Below, piece by piece: positions 26,131 to 39,425 of a stretch of 64,000 nt of DNA; positions within the stretch are counted from its first letter, which is position 1, and every line of letters begins with the position of its first letter. This DNA is from Fistulifera solaris (lineage: Eukaryota). A program made the position numbers and the translations under genes. The notes under the pieces were generated by a model that made no database searches, had not been told where the DNA came from, and was given only the letters and a program-made list of their open reading frames with translations. The DNA lies in NCBI GenBank assembly GCA_030295235.1, contig AP026154.1, positions 496,001 to 560,000 of the forward strand, read 5' to 3'.

Positions 26131-28322
26131 TTAACGTGAAAAACTCCAGTGTGTCGATTCCCAAAAATATGACGGAAACGAATCATCTCCGTATCCATCC
26201 AACAAACATCGTATGGCAGCATTCTCGTCTACTGTCAGTAGAAAGCTGCCAGTGCCGTTGATTCGAGCAAAGCATTCCAGTAAACCTTCCTTCCACATGG
26301 CATCACCGCGTTGTTCCATTTTCGTTTTGTCGTCCTTGCTGATCAGTTGTTCGTACCAAGCCTTGGCACGAGGCCATTCTTCCACTTGCACATCGGAGGA
26401 ATTAGAGCAATAGGATCTTCGCGCATATGCCAAAGCCCGGGATAAGCCACCCAATTCGTCGACCAAGCCATTGGATTTCGCTTGCTCTCCCGTCCATACG
26501 CGACCCTTGGCCAGTTTTTCGATTTCCGTCAGCGGCAAATGCCGTCCTTCAGCACAAATCTCTTTGAATTGACCATACATGCGATCAACCAGCGTCACGA
26601 TCTCTTGCTTCATTTTTCTCGTCAGTGGGTGGAATGGACTGAACGTTGCGGCCAATTCACTGGAAGTAACATGCTCGACATTTACTTGGTATTGCTTTGC
26701 CAATTGCGTCAAATCGGGTCGAATGGCAAAGACACCAATGGATCCTGTAATTGTCTTTTTCTGAGCAAAGATGCGGTTGGCGTGGGCGGCAACGTAATAG
26801 CCACCACTGGCTGCGACATTTCCGAAGGATACCACAAGCGGTAAACCATCCAATTCGCGACGGATCGATTCGCAGGCTGTGACACTTCCACCAGGGCTGT
26901 TCACGCGCAGAACGATGCATTTCACAGAATTATCCTTTTTAATTTGACGAATACAGTGTACCAAAGGACGAGAATCCGTAATGCCCCCGTTCGCGTACAA
27001 GAGTGCAATTTTCTCCGACGCTACATCGTTCGGAGCTCCTAGATGAGGTCGTAGCCATTCCATTTTTGAAATAAATGCATCGAATTGTCGTTGACGACCG
27101 GCTTGTTGTTCCTTCGTTTTTATCTTGTTCACGTACTTTTGAATTGAAATGATCTTCTCCGCTGTAAAGCGATCAAAGTCGGTCTCATGGTGGCCCCATT
27201 TCGATTTGATCTCTTCCTTTTTCTTTTCATCTGACGTATTATTCCATGCCAACAAGTCCGGCAAAGGATCTTTCCAGGGTAAGAAATCTACCAACCCCGT
27301 CTTCCACGCTGTTTGAGCGGGAAAGATACCCGACTCTTGAATTTGTTTCCACAAATCCGTCCGTTTCTTATTGTTCTTGTGTAACCACGACGTCAACAAC
27401 GCCTGAGAACGTGACCTCGTAATTTCGTCACACTGGCTCGCATTGATGGCTTGCAATAGCTCCGTCACATTTTCCCGATGCGGTCGCGTGAACGACGATT
27501 CCGTAAACATATTCGGTGCATTCTTGTATTCTCCGTGCTTAAAGACGTGCAATTGGATGCCGTATCGTTGTAAGAAATCACGTAAAAAGTATTGCGGTGA
27601 CACCAAACCAAAGAGAGCGAGTTCTCCCTGTCGTTGCAAATGAATGTGGGTAAAGATTGAAGCCAGATAGTATTCCTTGTTGGAAGGCTCCATCATCGTC
27701 GGTGCGTAACAGTACAGCGGCTTACTTTCGATTCGGGGAATCACTTGCGCTTCGTGCGCCAAGTTTGGTTCAGCGTGCCGACGGTGCGATTCTCGAAATA
27801 CTCTGGTGAGAGGGAAAGTTTTGACATTATTGATTGAGAACAAATTCCCTTCTAAACGACAAATAGAAAGTGATCTAATGTTTCTCAACACACAAACACG
27901 TACCGCAATGCATTCCGAACTTCTTCCAAATCGCTCCAACCCGCTCCTGGCATATCCCCAAAGGTCCCATACAAGGCAACGACATTCGGATCGGTGGCTG
28001 CGGTGTGAATCGCATCGACGACTTCTCGTACAGTCATGACGAGCGGGCGCTGTGTGGAAGCATCATCTTTCACGAGGGCGTTGAAGAATTGATTTTTGGG
28101 ATCCTTTTGTTCGACTAACTTCAAACGATCAAAGGGAATATACAGAACTTGTTTCTTCGTTTCATTTTCTTCTTTCGTTTGTTCTTGATACACCAGATAA
28201 AGACCTACAGATGCAGTAACAGCACCGACCGCGGCCAGTGATGTCTTTAACGAACGTCCGGCACTTTGAAAGGCTCGAGCCAGCCAGCGCTTATTCTTCT
28301 GCGAGGATGGAGCTTCTGTCAT
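26131..28322 (-). CDS. sppA: Signal peptide peptidase SppA (protease IV, S49); intron 27803-27903
   Basis: VVDAIHTAATDPNV, LEEVRNALR|VFRES, HGEYKNAPN (catalytic Lys region), LRVNSPGGS, VAASGGYY (Ser), TGSIGVF and GRVWTGEQAKSNGLVDELGGL. Confidence 0.9.
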
Positions 28323-29755
28323 GATGCTAGGTAATTGAAACGCTTACGAAGAATGCAGGATCAGGAACAAAAAACAGTTCGTTGATTTACAAAAGACGAA
28401 ATTAGAATGGCAAATATCGTGAAAAAGTCGAAGGAATTTCCCATCGTCGTTCTTTCTTCCACTTCTGCATTCCCCGCAACCAAAGGAGTCCTCTGCCGCA
28501 ACAACGCCAACCGACCCGCACAAACCAGTCATTTTTATCTACTGTCCGATCGATTGTACAAAATCGATCCGTGAGTTAAATAAATACTACGTATGAAGCA
28601 AAATCATGAAAACCTTTCATCTACTAGGGGTTAAAGAAATGTACTATGTACCAAGCAAATTCCCTCAAGCCGGTTCTTTGCAAGCAGATATTTTGTTCGC
28701 TTTCACTTAAAACACTTCACTTTTAGCTTTTAAATTGTCTACGCTCGCTTTTCCTATTTTGGCCCCATGAAGTCATACTGAACACGATCTTCAATCAATA
28801 ACCTTGGCATCCTCATCCGGTCGAGCGCTGGTTTGGTGCTGGTTTGACGTCTGGATTAATGACATTTTTACTGATTCATCATTCATCTTCTTCAAAGCCC
28901 TAGGCAGCGACCTAGCTTTTGGTTAACTTCGTTTCGAAGTATTCTCGCGGAGTCTTGGTACCCACAATGACGCTTCACTTATAACTTCCTTGCGCTATAA
29001 TGTCGGGACTCAATACTTTTTGAATTCTGGTCTCGTGTGCGGGTTCCCTTTTATAATAATGACATTACGAAGTCCCTTTAGAAAGATCTTTTGTGCAGTC
29101 TATCTCATCTTTGACGACAGTTTTAGTAGAACTTGATTCATTTGCTTCACAATAATACCGTGAAGCAGGTTCGGATGTTTGCGCTGCCCGCAAACTCCAC
29201 GAAAACACAGGCTTCCCGCCAGTCATCCATTTCCCGTCCTTTTCAACGGCAGTCATTTTCGAACGGTGGCCGGTGTTTGATCGCGATTGGTGCATCGCGT
29301 CTGGGCGTGAAGGAAAGCATGCCATCATCATTTGCATTCTGTTGAAACGACCACTTGTACAGAAGAGTGATTAAAGTAATAAAACCTTCTGAAAATTCAA
29401 ATCAGACGATGGGTTTTTCCTAAATGGAGCTAGCAACGGAGCAGCTTGAGCTTTTGGGGTTTGCGCTCGAACTGACCGGCATTCTCTTTAACTGCCACTA
29501 ATGACAAGCAGTGTAGGGTGCTTGACAGCTATCACCCCTTTGTTGATTGTAAACGCCCCTTTACTTCATCGACGGTCCTAGGAGGGGAACGCCAATACGT
29601 CGCATCTGACATGTAAACAATCGCAGCACAGCTGCCTGTCGATAGCATACCGCAAACTTCTCTCAGTTGGTCAGCACAGTTCCTATTTTGAAAACATTCA
29701 GCTGTGACATTTTCTGTTGAGTTTCCATTTTCCATTACGCGATGCTGTAGCACGT

Positions 29756-32443
29756 TCAAGCCCAGTACACGTGAGAGAGTCCAAATGTGGCGTCACGACC
29801 CCCAACAATGCGAATGCCTAGTTCGATGTCTTTTGGTGGTTTCCCCGCAAATTGTTCCGGAGCGTTTAATAGCACGGAGAACTCCATGAGACGCTCTACT
29901 TCAACGAGTTGTTCAGCAAATTGCTCGGCTGTCCAGGTATGTACCACTCCATCAATCGAATACTCCACTTGAAACTTTTCCGGAAACTCTTTAGAAGTGG
30001 GGGCATTGGCTTCCTCCTCACTTAGAGGATGAGCACATGTTTCCTCCTTGTTCTCGCATTTCCAACCCAACGTCTTCGTGTTATCATTCGATTTGGCCTT
30101 GACGAGCCTTACAATAATATACCCTTCCTTCACTTGATTTAGCGTCATGAGTAGCCAGCCACTGAGACCATCACCTATTAAGAAAGCTCGCGCATCATTG
30201 TGGCCGTACAACAAACAATTCATGTTCTCGGCACGGTTGCAAAAAGAATCATATGTGGCATCGCAGTTGTCGGGGGCGCCCACGGATTCGTGTATTTGCC
30301 AGCCTTTACCAGGAACCAAGCTTGATTTTTCAGCTGTAGTACTGTAAACGGGTGGATTGAGTTGCTGATGCAAGTATTCGTATCGCGCCCGTAAAGGTAC
30401 GAAGTCGACACCATTTTCGATAATGGCCAAGTAATCAATATGGCCGTCAGGAGGATCCAGAGCAGGATTGTATACGTCGGGCGGATCATAAGCATTGGGT
30501 TTCGGTTGACCGACATCCATATCACTTCGTATTATTCTACGAATACTGGTGGTGGCCGGATTGGCGCGTGGCGTGAACTCACTATGTCCTTGAAACGGAA
30601 TGTTACAAATGGCATCGGGGAGCCCAATATCAAAGCACTGAGATGTTGTGTCATTGTGAACTGCTGTGCGAATGCGTTCGTAATCACCGGTAATGTGAAA
30701 TTCCGAGTCGGGGAGTGTATAATTGTACAAGTCGCGCCAATCGATGAGCGCGTTCCGAAGGACTTTGATGATATTGTAAGAAATCAAACGACTAAATAAC
30801 TGATGCATCCAATTTCCGGGATGCCACCTTTTGATAAAAAAAGCAGAAACCGATAATGTGAGCAGAAAAGAACAATGAAATTTCTTTTCCAAGAAAGAAC
30901 ACTTACTTGGCTCGTCCACCCATTACATCCAATTGCTTTTCGGGCGTATAATCCTTTCGATCGATCCAACAAACTCCATTGTATCCCGACTTTCGGCATT
31001 CTGCATTCATCTCCTTGGAGCAAATCAGAAACAGCGTTGCATACGGCAGATTTTTAATATCGTCGTAAGTGGCAGTTTCTGGTATGCCTGCATAGCCGTC
31101 ACCCCATTCACCACTCCCCCAATACCCCGCACCACATAAACCGTCGTACCGGCCATTGACAGGCTGTCCGAACAGAACAGGGACACGATCACCGCCAAGT
31201 AAGCCCTGCCTTGCAAATATGTCACGGGGCTTGATATCACCTTCCGTCCTATAATCAAATATGTTTATCCAGGCGTTAGAACCGTTCACTGACAAAAAAA
31301 TAATCAGATAATATTCACTTACATGCCCGAATTCCATACGAGAATGGCATTATCACCTCCATAAAACGACTGCGACGCCATCCCGTTGTGCACGGTACCC
31401 AAACCTCCCATTCCGACATTGCGACTGATATGAAAAACACCCAACCGCGCCAAAATTGGTTCCAACGCTCGCTGGACCTGCATAATATACGATTGCGTAA
31501 AATGATTTCCGTGTCCCGCACTACTACTGTGTCCTCCCATGGTCAGAAAGAATTTATCTTCCGTCATTATACTGTGCAACAAATGTTTCCGAATGAATTG
31601 GAGGGTCGTTTCGCTGGTACGTCCGGCATTCCCACTCGGATGTTTCCGATTGTACGGTACATTCGGCATGGACATGTTGAACATGAAAGCGGGATCATCC
31701 TTGGTCAAATCACGAAAGGCATCCTCCATGGGGCCACCCTCATAGTGTCCATATTCCGCCAACATGGCGGCCATAGCGCGTTCGGTTAACGCAATCCCTT
31801 GATCGACGAATTGCGGTAAATAGTCGGGATCGACTTGCCAGGCGTTGGGAGGGAAAGCACTGAGGGGAACATCGCGATTGGGGTATTGAGCATACAAAGA
31901 TTCCAAATTGGGTCGGGGTATCTTGTCTTCCAAGGTCCAAGATCCCCATTTTTTTGCCAAATCGGGTAAATTGGTTCGATCATGGCGTGCGCGACGTACG
32001 TAGGCACTAGAAAAATACGGCGGTGGATGTTGAAAGCCGGGCTTTTCGGGATGTATCGCTTCAATTGTAGCGGGTACATTGACAATTGTAGAGTGTCCGT
32101 GAGAGGATGATGAAGGGTCAATCAATGGATCTTGCTCGGGTGCTTCGGGGACATGAATGTCGTGATCGTCCTCTATGTCAATCGTATTATCTTCAATGTT
32201 TGCAGCTTCCGGTAAATCTTCAACATCGGTGACAAGCGTATTTTGATCGACTTTTGCTGGAGACCAAAACCAGGCTGCAACGATAAGACAGAGAGCAAAA
32301 AAAACTATGCGCTTCCGATTGTGTGAAGGAGGAGGAGGAGCGTTCGTCGGCGCGGATGATTTTATCCTCGGAAGATCAATTCTTCCTCCCGTCTCTTCTA
32401 TTAGAGACTCCATTTCGAGTCCGTATTCTTCTGGATCTTCCAT
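29756..32443 (-). CDS. Type II membrane SGNH-hydrolase-like protein; introns 31249-31322 and 30828-30906
   Basis: N-terminal TM (IVFFALCLIVAAWFW), GGHSSSAGHGNHF (block I Ser), RNVGMGGLGT, WNSGM|TE and K|WHPG (His). Both introns join three ORFs in frame. Confidence 0.72.
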
Positions 32444-32761
32444 GATATGTAGATAATATAGGGAAAAGGATAACAAAAGGATACAATTACAGTCGTTTGA
32501 CAAGGATAAAAATGAAAAGAGGCATTTTTCGCCACCGGAAATAGTCACAATATGACACGTCATCCGCGCCGGTACGACATTCTAGATGAAAGTTCCGGTA
32601 CTTGATGTTAATGTGACGTCATGATTGCTTTCGTCGTTTTTTCTGACTTTCTTTTTCTCGTATCATCGCGACCATGATGGCTTGGAATAACTTGGCTTTG
32701 TGCTTTGTTTACCTATAAACCCTTTTTTTCAAATTTGGGTCAGATTCAAGACTCCTCTGTC

Positions 32762-34607
32762 ATGATAACCTTGGAGTGCCGATCATCGACTTTCCTGATT
32801 GCGTTCTGGGTAGTGTTGTTGGCGTGGCAAAGAACGTCTGTGCATTCCTATGCTCCGAGAAGTGCGAGTAATCTTTCTCTTTCGAGACAAAAACGGCACT
32901 TTTTGCTGCCACAATCAAGCCTTTTCCCTCGCAACAAAAGCATTCCGTTGTCAGCGAGACGATCTTCGTCGTCTCAAGAGCAAAGTGCCGATGACACACA
33001 AAAGGATGACAAATCATCCCCTGCATCCAACGAGCGGATTGTCGAATTCAAACTACATTCCTCTATCGGCAGTATCTCTGCCGAAGTCTGGGATTCTTGC
33101 TTATCTAATACTTCGTCACCCTTTCTTTCACACGCATGGCTCCGATGCTTGGAGGAATCAAAATGCGCGTCCCCTTCCACTGGTTGGGTACCCTCACACG
33201 TTTCCATTTTGATGGACTCGCAAACGGTGGGCTTTGTTCCTCTCTATATCAAAGGGCATTCGTTAGGAGAGTTCATCTTTGATCAACAATTTGCCGAAGC
33301 CGCTTATCAGAATGGTATCGACTATTATCCCAAATTATTAGTCGGTGTACCCTTTACTCCTGCTACGGGGCATCGCATTTTGTGGCATCCGCAACTCGTT
33401 CTACAAAGCTTTTCTCGTGAAGAGATTAAAACCTTGAATCAATCGGTGGCTCGATTCTTGAAACAGTTGGCTTCCAGCAATCGAGTATCGTCAGTGCACA
33501 TAAATTTTCTCACGGAATCAGAAGCCGAAGATTTAGGCGGGCCATTGCCATTGCCCGTCGAAGATTCGGAGGATGTTAAGGGCGTTGCTTTGAAAATTCG
33601 TTCTATTTTTCAGCGACTGGATATCAAGGACACGTACTTGCGACGGACGTCACTCCAATATCACTGGCAGAATGTGAATCCGAACAATGGCGGAAAACCG
33701 TTTGAATCTTTTGATGACTACTTGTCTTGTTTCCAAAAGCAAAAAGAGGATAAACATACGGCGTGAGCGAAAGAAGGTGTTGGAGGAAGAAGGCGTCGTC
33801 ATTGATGTGATTACCGGCAAGGATATTCTACAATATCCTGGTCTGGTCGAACGCATATTTAAAATATATTTGTCTACAATTGACAAAATGATGTGGGGTC
33901 GTCAGTATCTGACGATGGAGTTTTTTCAACTACTGGCTCGTTCAGATTTCATTGATTACCTTGTTTTTGTGTGTGCGCGGCAAAATGTTTCCGAACGTGA
34001 GGACAAACTGGAGGCTTCCGATGTCTTTGCGGGTACATTCAGTAAGTGATGTGCTCGACTATCATGGATGCCATTTTGCATTCACTTCTCACCATTCTTC
34101 TTCATCAAGATATCGTGAAAGATGGAGTCTTTTATGGTCGTTATTGGGTAAGGTTAGATATAATTTGATTTATCTTCTACACAACCCAGCTGATTCTCAC
34201 ATTCTTCAATTGGAAAAGGGATGTTTACCGGATCGAGAGGTAAAAAACTTGCATTTTGAGTGTTGTTATTGGTCGGCGATCGACTATTGCATTCGTAATG
34301 GCTTGCGAAGGATGGAGCCAGGTGCCGGAGGAGGAGGTGCGTTGTAGTTCTTGCTTTCGCTTTGCGTCGTTACTACGGAGTAATCATTTTTTCTTATATT
34401 TGATTCTTTGCACCTTCAGACTACAAATGGGCACGGGGCTTTGATCCTGCTCTCATTCACTCCGTTCACTACATTTGCCATCCCGGATTGCGACGGGCAG
34501 TGGGACAATTTCTCATCGATGAGACAGAAAACAATGTGGAGCTCACCAAGTTTCTGTTAGAGAGAAGTGCAGTTGGCAACCGACAAGTATCTACAGAGAA
34601 ATGCTGA
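32762..34607 (+). CDS. DUF482/FemAB-related GNAT-fold protein with plastid-type bipartite leader; introns 34042-34109, 34148-34218, 34337-34419; frame break at 33733-33738
   Basis: PFLSHAWLRCLEES, PLYIKGHSLGEFIFDQ, YYPKLLVGVPFTPATG, SSVHINF, QYHWQN, YGRYW|G, LHFECCYW and EPGAGGG|DYKWARGFDP. Leader cleavage VHS-YAP. Confidence 0.87.
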
Positions 34608-34744
34608 CATGGGTTTCTACAAAATATTTTTGAGATAGCTCCTGTACGTCTTGGCGAAGAAAGCCAATTGTTTCCTACTTAGCTGAATTCCCTTTTAATA
34701 TTCATTTTCTCTAGAACTACGATAGTAGATTGAAGGGCTTCAAA

Positions 34745-35443
34745 CTACAATTCCGGTTCATCTTCCTCCTCCTGATAGGTGACCCTTTGTTTTAGTATGT
34801 GAACGCGTCGTCGCATCCATTCGAGAAGATCATCACTAAAGCGTTTCTTAATTTTATTTTTTTCCATCGTTTCAGTTAAACGACCGATTTCGAACTTTTT
34901 GCGTTGAATATTCCACGTTTCGATCCTTTCAATGAAATCCTTTTCTCTGTCGCTACAACCTTCCAGAGTCTCAACATCACAAGTCAATTTGTCGACCACG
35001 TCCTTGCCTTGAATCTCAAGAATCTCCATCTGAAAAATCAGCGCTTCTCCGGGGCCGATCTTAGGTGGACTGCCTCGATCTCCGTAAGCTAGTTCTGACG
35101 GTATGTAAAGCTCCCACTTGTCTCCTTCTACCATCATTTGCATCGCTTCCGTCCAGCCGGCAATCACTTGGTTGGGAGCAAATGTAATGGGATCACCCCG
35201 ATCATAGCTACTATCAAACGTCGTACCATCAATTAGCGTTCCGGAATAGTGACAAAGGCAAGGAGTTGTCGGCCCAGGATGCACTTTGCCGTCGCCTTTT
35301 CGCAGCACTTTGTACATCAGCCCCGACTTTCGTTCGACAACGTCCGGTTCGCTCCGTTTTCCGGCTAAGAACTCTATGCCCGCGTCATTTGTTTTCGCCC
35401 AGAAGCAAGAGGGTAATAGACAAAGCAATAGAAACAGTCTCAT
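34745..35443 (-). CDS. FKBP-type peptidyl-prolyl isomerase (Mip-like), secretory pathway
   Basis: Signal peptide MRLFLLLCLLPSCFWA; SGLMYKVL, HYSGTLIDGTTFDSSYDRG, VIAGWTEAMQMM and YIPSELAYG; C-terminal EPEL. Confidence 0.92.
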   Translation of the reverse strand: MRLFLLLCLLPSCFWAKTNDAGIEFLAGKRSEPDVVERKSGLMYKVLRKGDGKVHPGPTTPCLCHYSGTLIDGTTFDSSYDRGDPITFAPNQVIAGWTEAMQMMVEGDKWELYIPSELAYGDRGSPPKIGPGEALIFQMEILEIQGKDVVDKLTCDVETLEGCSDREKDFIERIETWNIQRKKFEIGRLTETMEKNKIKKRFSDDLLEWMRRRVHILKQRVTYQEEEDEPEL

Positions 35444-35948
35444 GTTTTCTTTTATAAACAGCAATGCTCACGGGGTGCGGTAACATGAATCTATCTACTA
35501 CGGAGTACTATGAATATGGCAAGCCCGTTGACGTCACGACGTCACATGCCAAGTGCTTAGCTTGAAGTCTTGCCATGTTAGAACCGCTACGATATGACAC
35601 TTGCCCCAATCACACTACGCACTTGATGTTGTCGGTTCGCTCAGCTCACGTTTGGCCACTCTGTACTTGGTAGAGAAGTGTGAAGAATAGAATTGCCCCG
35701 ATCTTCCTAAATTCGACTGACGACGAGAGTGTACAAAACGGTCTTGCTGGTTAGGATGCTGACGTAGACATCAGTTGGTTGGAAAAGTTTAGAAAAAGTT
35801 GCAAGAGCGACGGGTTCACAGATAACGATCGAATAAGACCCCGCATGTTCATTTGCTAAGATACACCGCATAGAATTGACTTCCGCTCCATCGAGCATTT
35901 CCATGCTCTTTCCTTTTGTTCAGGTTACCGAAGAAATTGCTTCGAATC

Positions 35949-36287
35949 ATGAACGCTTACGTTTCAATAGCTTCACTCTGCATTATGATGATATACAGCT
36001 ATCCGGATCTGATCGCCTTTCTTCTGAGAGTACTCCAAGAGCGAATCGTGAGAGTATTTGCTAGGGCGAAAGCTCGAAGGAGGTCCTCGGGGAAGGTGCA
36101 GTTCTCGCATAGTCAAGTACGCGTATTCACTGACGATGCTATGCAGGATTCGTTTCACAGTCTGGAGGAGAGCTCGGTATCGAGCGACGGACTAAGCATG
36201 AGCAGCGATGCCCCCTGGAAGCATCGGTGGAGCGTCTTTCCGTCACAATGGAGAGCCCGTCATCATGTTGCGGCGGGAACTAGCTGA
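35949..36287 (+). CDS. Possible small hypothetical protein
   Basis: ATG-initiated 112-aa frame with a hydrophobic start, a KVQF (RVxF-like) motif and a Ser-rich tail. No homology recognised. Confidence 0.25.
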   Translation: MNAYVSIASLCIMMIYSYPDLIAFLLRVLQERIVRVFARAKARRRSSGKVQFSHSQVRVFTDDAMQDSFHSLEESSVSSDGLSMSSDAPWKHRWSVFPSQWRARHHVAAGTS

Positions 36288-36802
36288 TCATGCCGCGACA
36301 ATAACTTTGATTTGAAGATCTATGGTCAATTTGCTGATACATTTGCAGGTTGCGACGGCGAGCGGCAAACGGCATACGCACTTGACTGCATTAGAAGCTG
36401 CATGCTTCTCAATTCGTTTGAGAACCCTTTTACCGATCATTTTCAGCTCCATCTTTTGCGATATGAGATAGAGTTAGAAGCATTCAGCATTCGACGAAAG
36501 AAGTTTCCAAAAAATTGCAAGAGCAGTATCACTATGTTTTTTCGAGCTCAGTGCATCATATAATGGACAAGCCCACTCAAGTTGATCAATATTCATCGGA
36601 CTACAACGCAGGTAAATCTTCTTCTATCATGTGCGAACATCAAGTTAAAGCCCTTTTACAACGCAGTTTTACAGTCTTGTCATAAAGCAGGCGTTAACCG
36701 TGAATGATAGAATTATAAACCGTTTAATGTCTGTTACGGGTACTGGCGTACTAGCTCGCGCTACGGTATTCATGAGATTAGCAGACCATTAATTTGTTGC
36801 GT

Positions 36803-39017
36803 CTAAGCGGAAAACAAAGTATTAACCTGCTCGGGGTTGTGCTGCCAAAACGAAAGATCATCATATCCGCCTTCGACATTTGCACTTTCGTGATAGGCTT
36901 GATAGAGTTTAGAGTAGACAGAAGCCACTTCCTTAGCAATTTGCGACCTTGCTCTTTTACGCAACAATGGATCTTTGACTGTGGTTTCCAAAGAAGGAAG
37001 CGGTGGCGAATACAGAGACGAGTAAAAGTCTTTGACTGCCCGCTCCATCTCATCTGAAGAGAGCCCGGGGAAGGAAACCATAGGCGATGCGATACTACTA
37101 AGACTTTGGGACTGAAGCTCCCATCGTCGATACGAGTCGGCCACAGCTTTGAGTCCACATAAGTGTAGTACTTTTGACGTTTCGTCTTGTACAAGCTGAT
37201 CCACAAGATCTGTTTCTTTTCGTTGAATGGACTGAAGCAGTTCGTGCGCTGCAGCCTCACTAAGTCCGGCAGATTTTGCCGAGCGAACCATGTCGGAAAG
37301 AGCCAACACATCGTCAATTGAGCTCTTGTCTGATTGCAATGCAGCGGATATCAACGCGATACTTGCCCAGTCGAGAGAAAGGATGGCTTTTGCTTCGCTG
37401 GCATGTTCGATTTCAGCTTCGAAGCCTGGAGAATTTACCCGAACCTTCATAAGCTGATTTATCATTGCCTGTGCTTGAGCACCCTCGGATTCACCCGTAG
37501 AAGCTCCTAGTTGGTGAAACATGGCTCCGTATGCCCTTGTCGTAGCCTCGTATGCTTGCGTCGCTTCTTGTAAGCACTCCATCAGTGTATCCAACAAAAG
37601 GTTTTTACGGCTCGCTTGTCCGCTGCCAATGGTTTTCTGAAAATTCTTCTGTATAGCTTGAATATAAAATAGCAACAATCCCGATATTTCATAAAGATGA
37701 CCAATGCGAGTCCGGAAAACAGCCCCTTCTTCCTCGAATTCATCACCAAATCCATCATCTGACTCGTTGTCATCTACTTCATCGGATCTTCGCGCAAGGT
37801 TTGTGACAACCTGTAGAATTCGAGATTTCAGGGGACGAGTAAGACCGCTCAAACTCGTCGACCACAACTCTGCTAGCGTCATCGAGGCTTGCATCATCTC
37901 CTCTTTTTCTGTGGTAGAAGTCTCCTCTAATTTCATTTCGTCCAAGGATCGCTCACTCACATCCGCATCAGGATCCTCGTTTGATGGCTGAAACATGAGT
38001 AGACCTTTGGCGACATCCCCTTCGACAGAGAAAGTGGTAAAGACAAACGCCAGCATCTCTCCCACATCTAATTCGTAAATAGCGCAGGTTAGCAAGTACA
38101 ATAAACATATAAAGCCACCTCAATGTACCGTAACATCACTTACAAACCACCGGATCATGAGCCTTCATCTCTAAGGGCGCCGGGCCGGCAGTCAAAGCCA
38201 CAAGAAATCGTTTCGTAACGTAGGATCTTCGGCTGTGTGCCAAGATCTCTAACGCATGTTCATAAAAAGCCGGAACATGTCGTAGAGTATAAAAGGCTCG
38301 CTTGACGAAGTCTTGTTGCCACACGTCCTCGTTATCTTCGGCACTGTTGGCAATACTTTGAAACCAGGAATACAATCGTTCGTACGCTCGTTCTTGCTTT
38401 TGTGCTAAATTTTCCATCATTCTTAATGCCGAAGCAGAGGATGTGTCGAGTGATTCCGATAGCTCATTACGAATATTCCGGACTCGCTCTAGTGCCGACA
38501 GGAACGCCAAACCATTCACTTGACTGGCATTGTAATCTTCAAAGTTGTAATGATCGAGCAATCGAGCATCGGCAGCACTTAGATCGAAGCGTTCTAAAAA
38601 GGAAGAAACGGCTTCGAGACGCTTTTGCGCCAAAAGACGTTGATGAAAGGCATCCGCTAATTGCGCCGCAACAGCAGCTTCATCAGATCCTTCTGCATCG
38701 AATCTCTGGCGACTGTTGCTTTCGGCAACAATCTCCTGGACACTCTGGGCAATCATCGATACGTTGGAAATATCCCTCCGCAATTCCGTAACGCTCGCCA
38801 CCATGCGTTGCAATTCCATTTTTAAGATAAGTGCTTGTTGCAAGGCATCTTGTTCGATGGCGACACGGACAGTTCGCGCATCCATCGTATCCGCGACCGA
38901 CAAGGCCGCCAGCGCTTCCAGGGCGGCCTTCATGGCCGGAGTATCGCTGCGGACTTGCAGGGCGCGGTTGACTTTATCCGTCAACATGGACTGTTGCGGG
39001 TTTTCAGCACTTGACAT
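36803..39017 (-). CDS. COG6: Conserved oligomeric Golgi complex subunit 6; intron 38068-38143
   Basis: QERAYERLYSW and RFLVALTAG..PLEMKAHDPVV|YVGEMLAFV; the intron joins ORFs 38136..39053 and 36803..38101. Confidence 0.88.
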
Positions 39018-39425
39018 GTTGAAAATTAAGGAGAATAGGATGAAATGAAGCACAATTGAGACGACAGAGTTGTTTTTGTTACCAAGTACTCTTTCGTCTC
39101 TCGTTATCTTTGCGATCGCGATGTCTTAATTCACCGCACCGGTACTACGTTGTAAATGATTTTGTAACGCTGTGACTCGCCAGTGGTATGACAACTCGTG
39201 ACTCGCATTTTCGAATGGTGTTCCCTTTTCAACGAAGCAAGGTTATAGAAAAGCAACATGCAAAAGATGCAAGAACTCGGAAGCTCATCAAATAAAGGTC
39301 TTCTCAAGTCGTGCATAAGGCCAACTAATTCTCTTTCTTTTCTATAAAAGTAAGCTGGTTCCGAAAAAGATGAATTCTCGCTTTATTTGAAAGCCGTGCT
39401 GTTCCCCAACCCCTCTTCAATTACC

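Noticed and set aside
28800..29400. Short ORFs in the SppA upstream gap
   Set aside because: Interrupted by stops and with no motif; could not support a gene or TE call.
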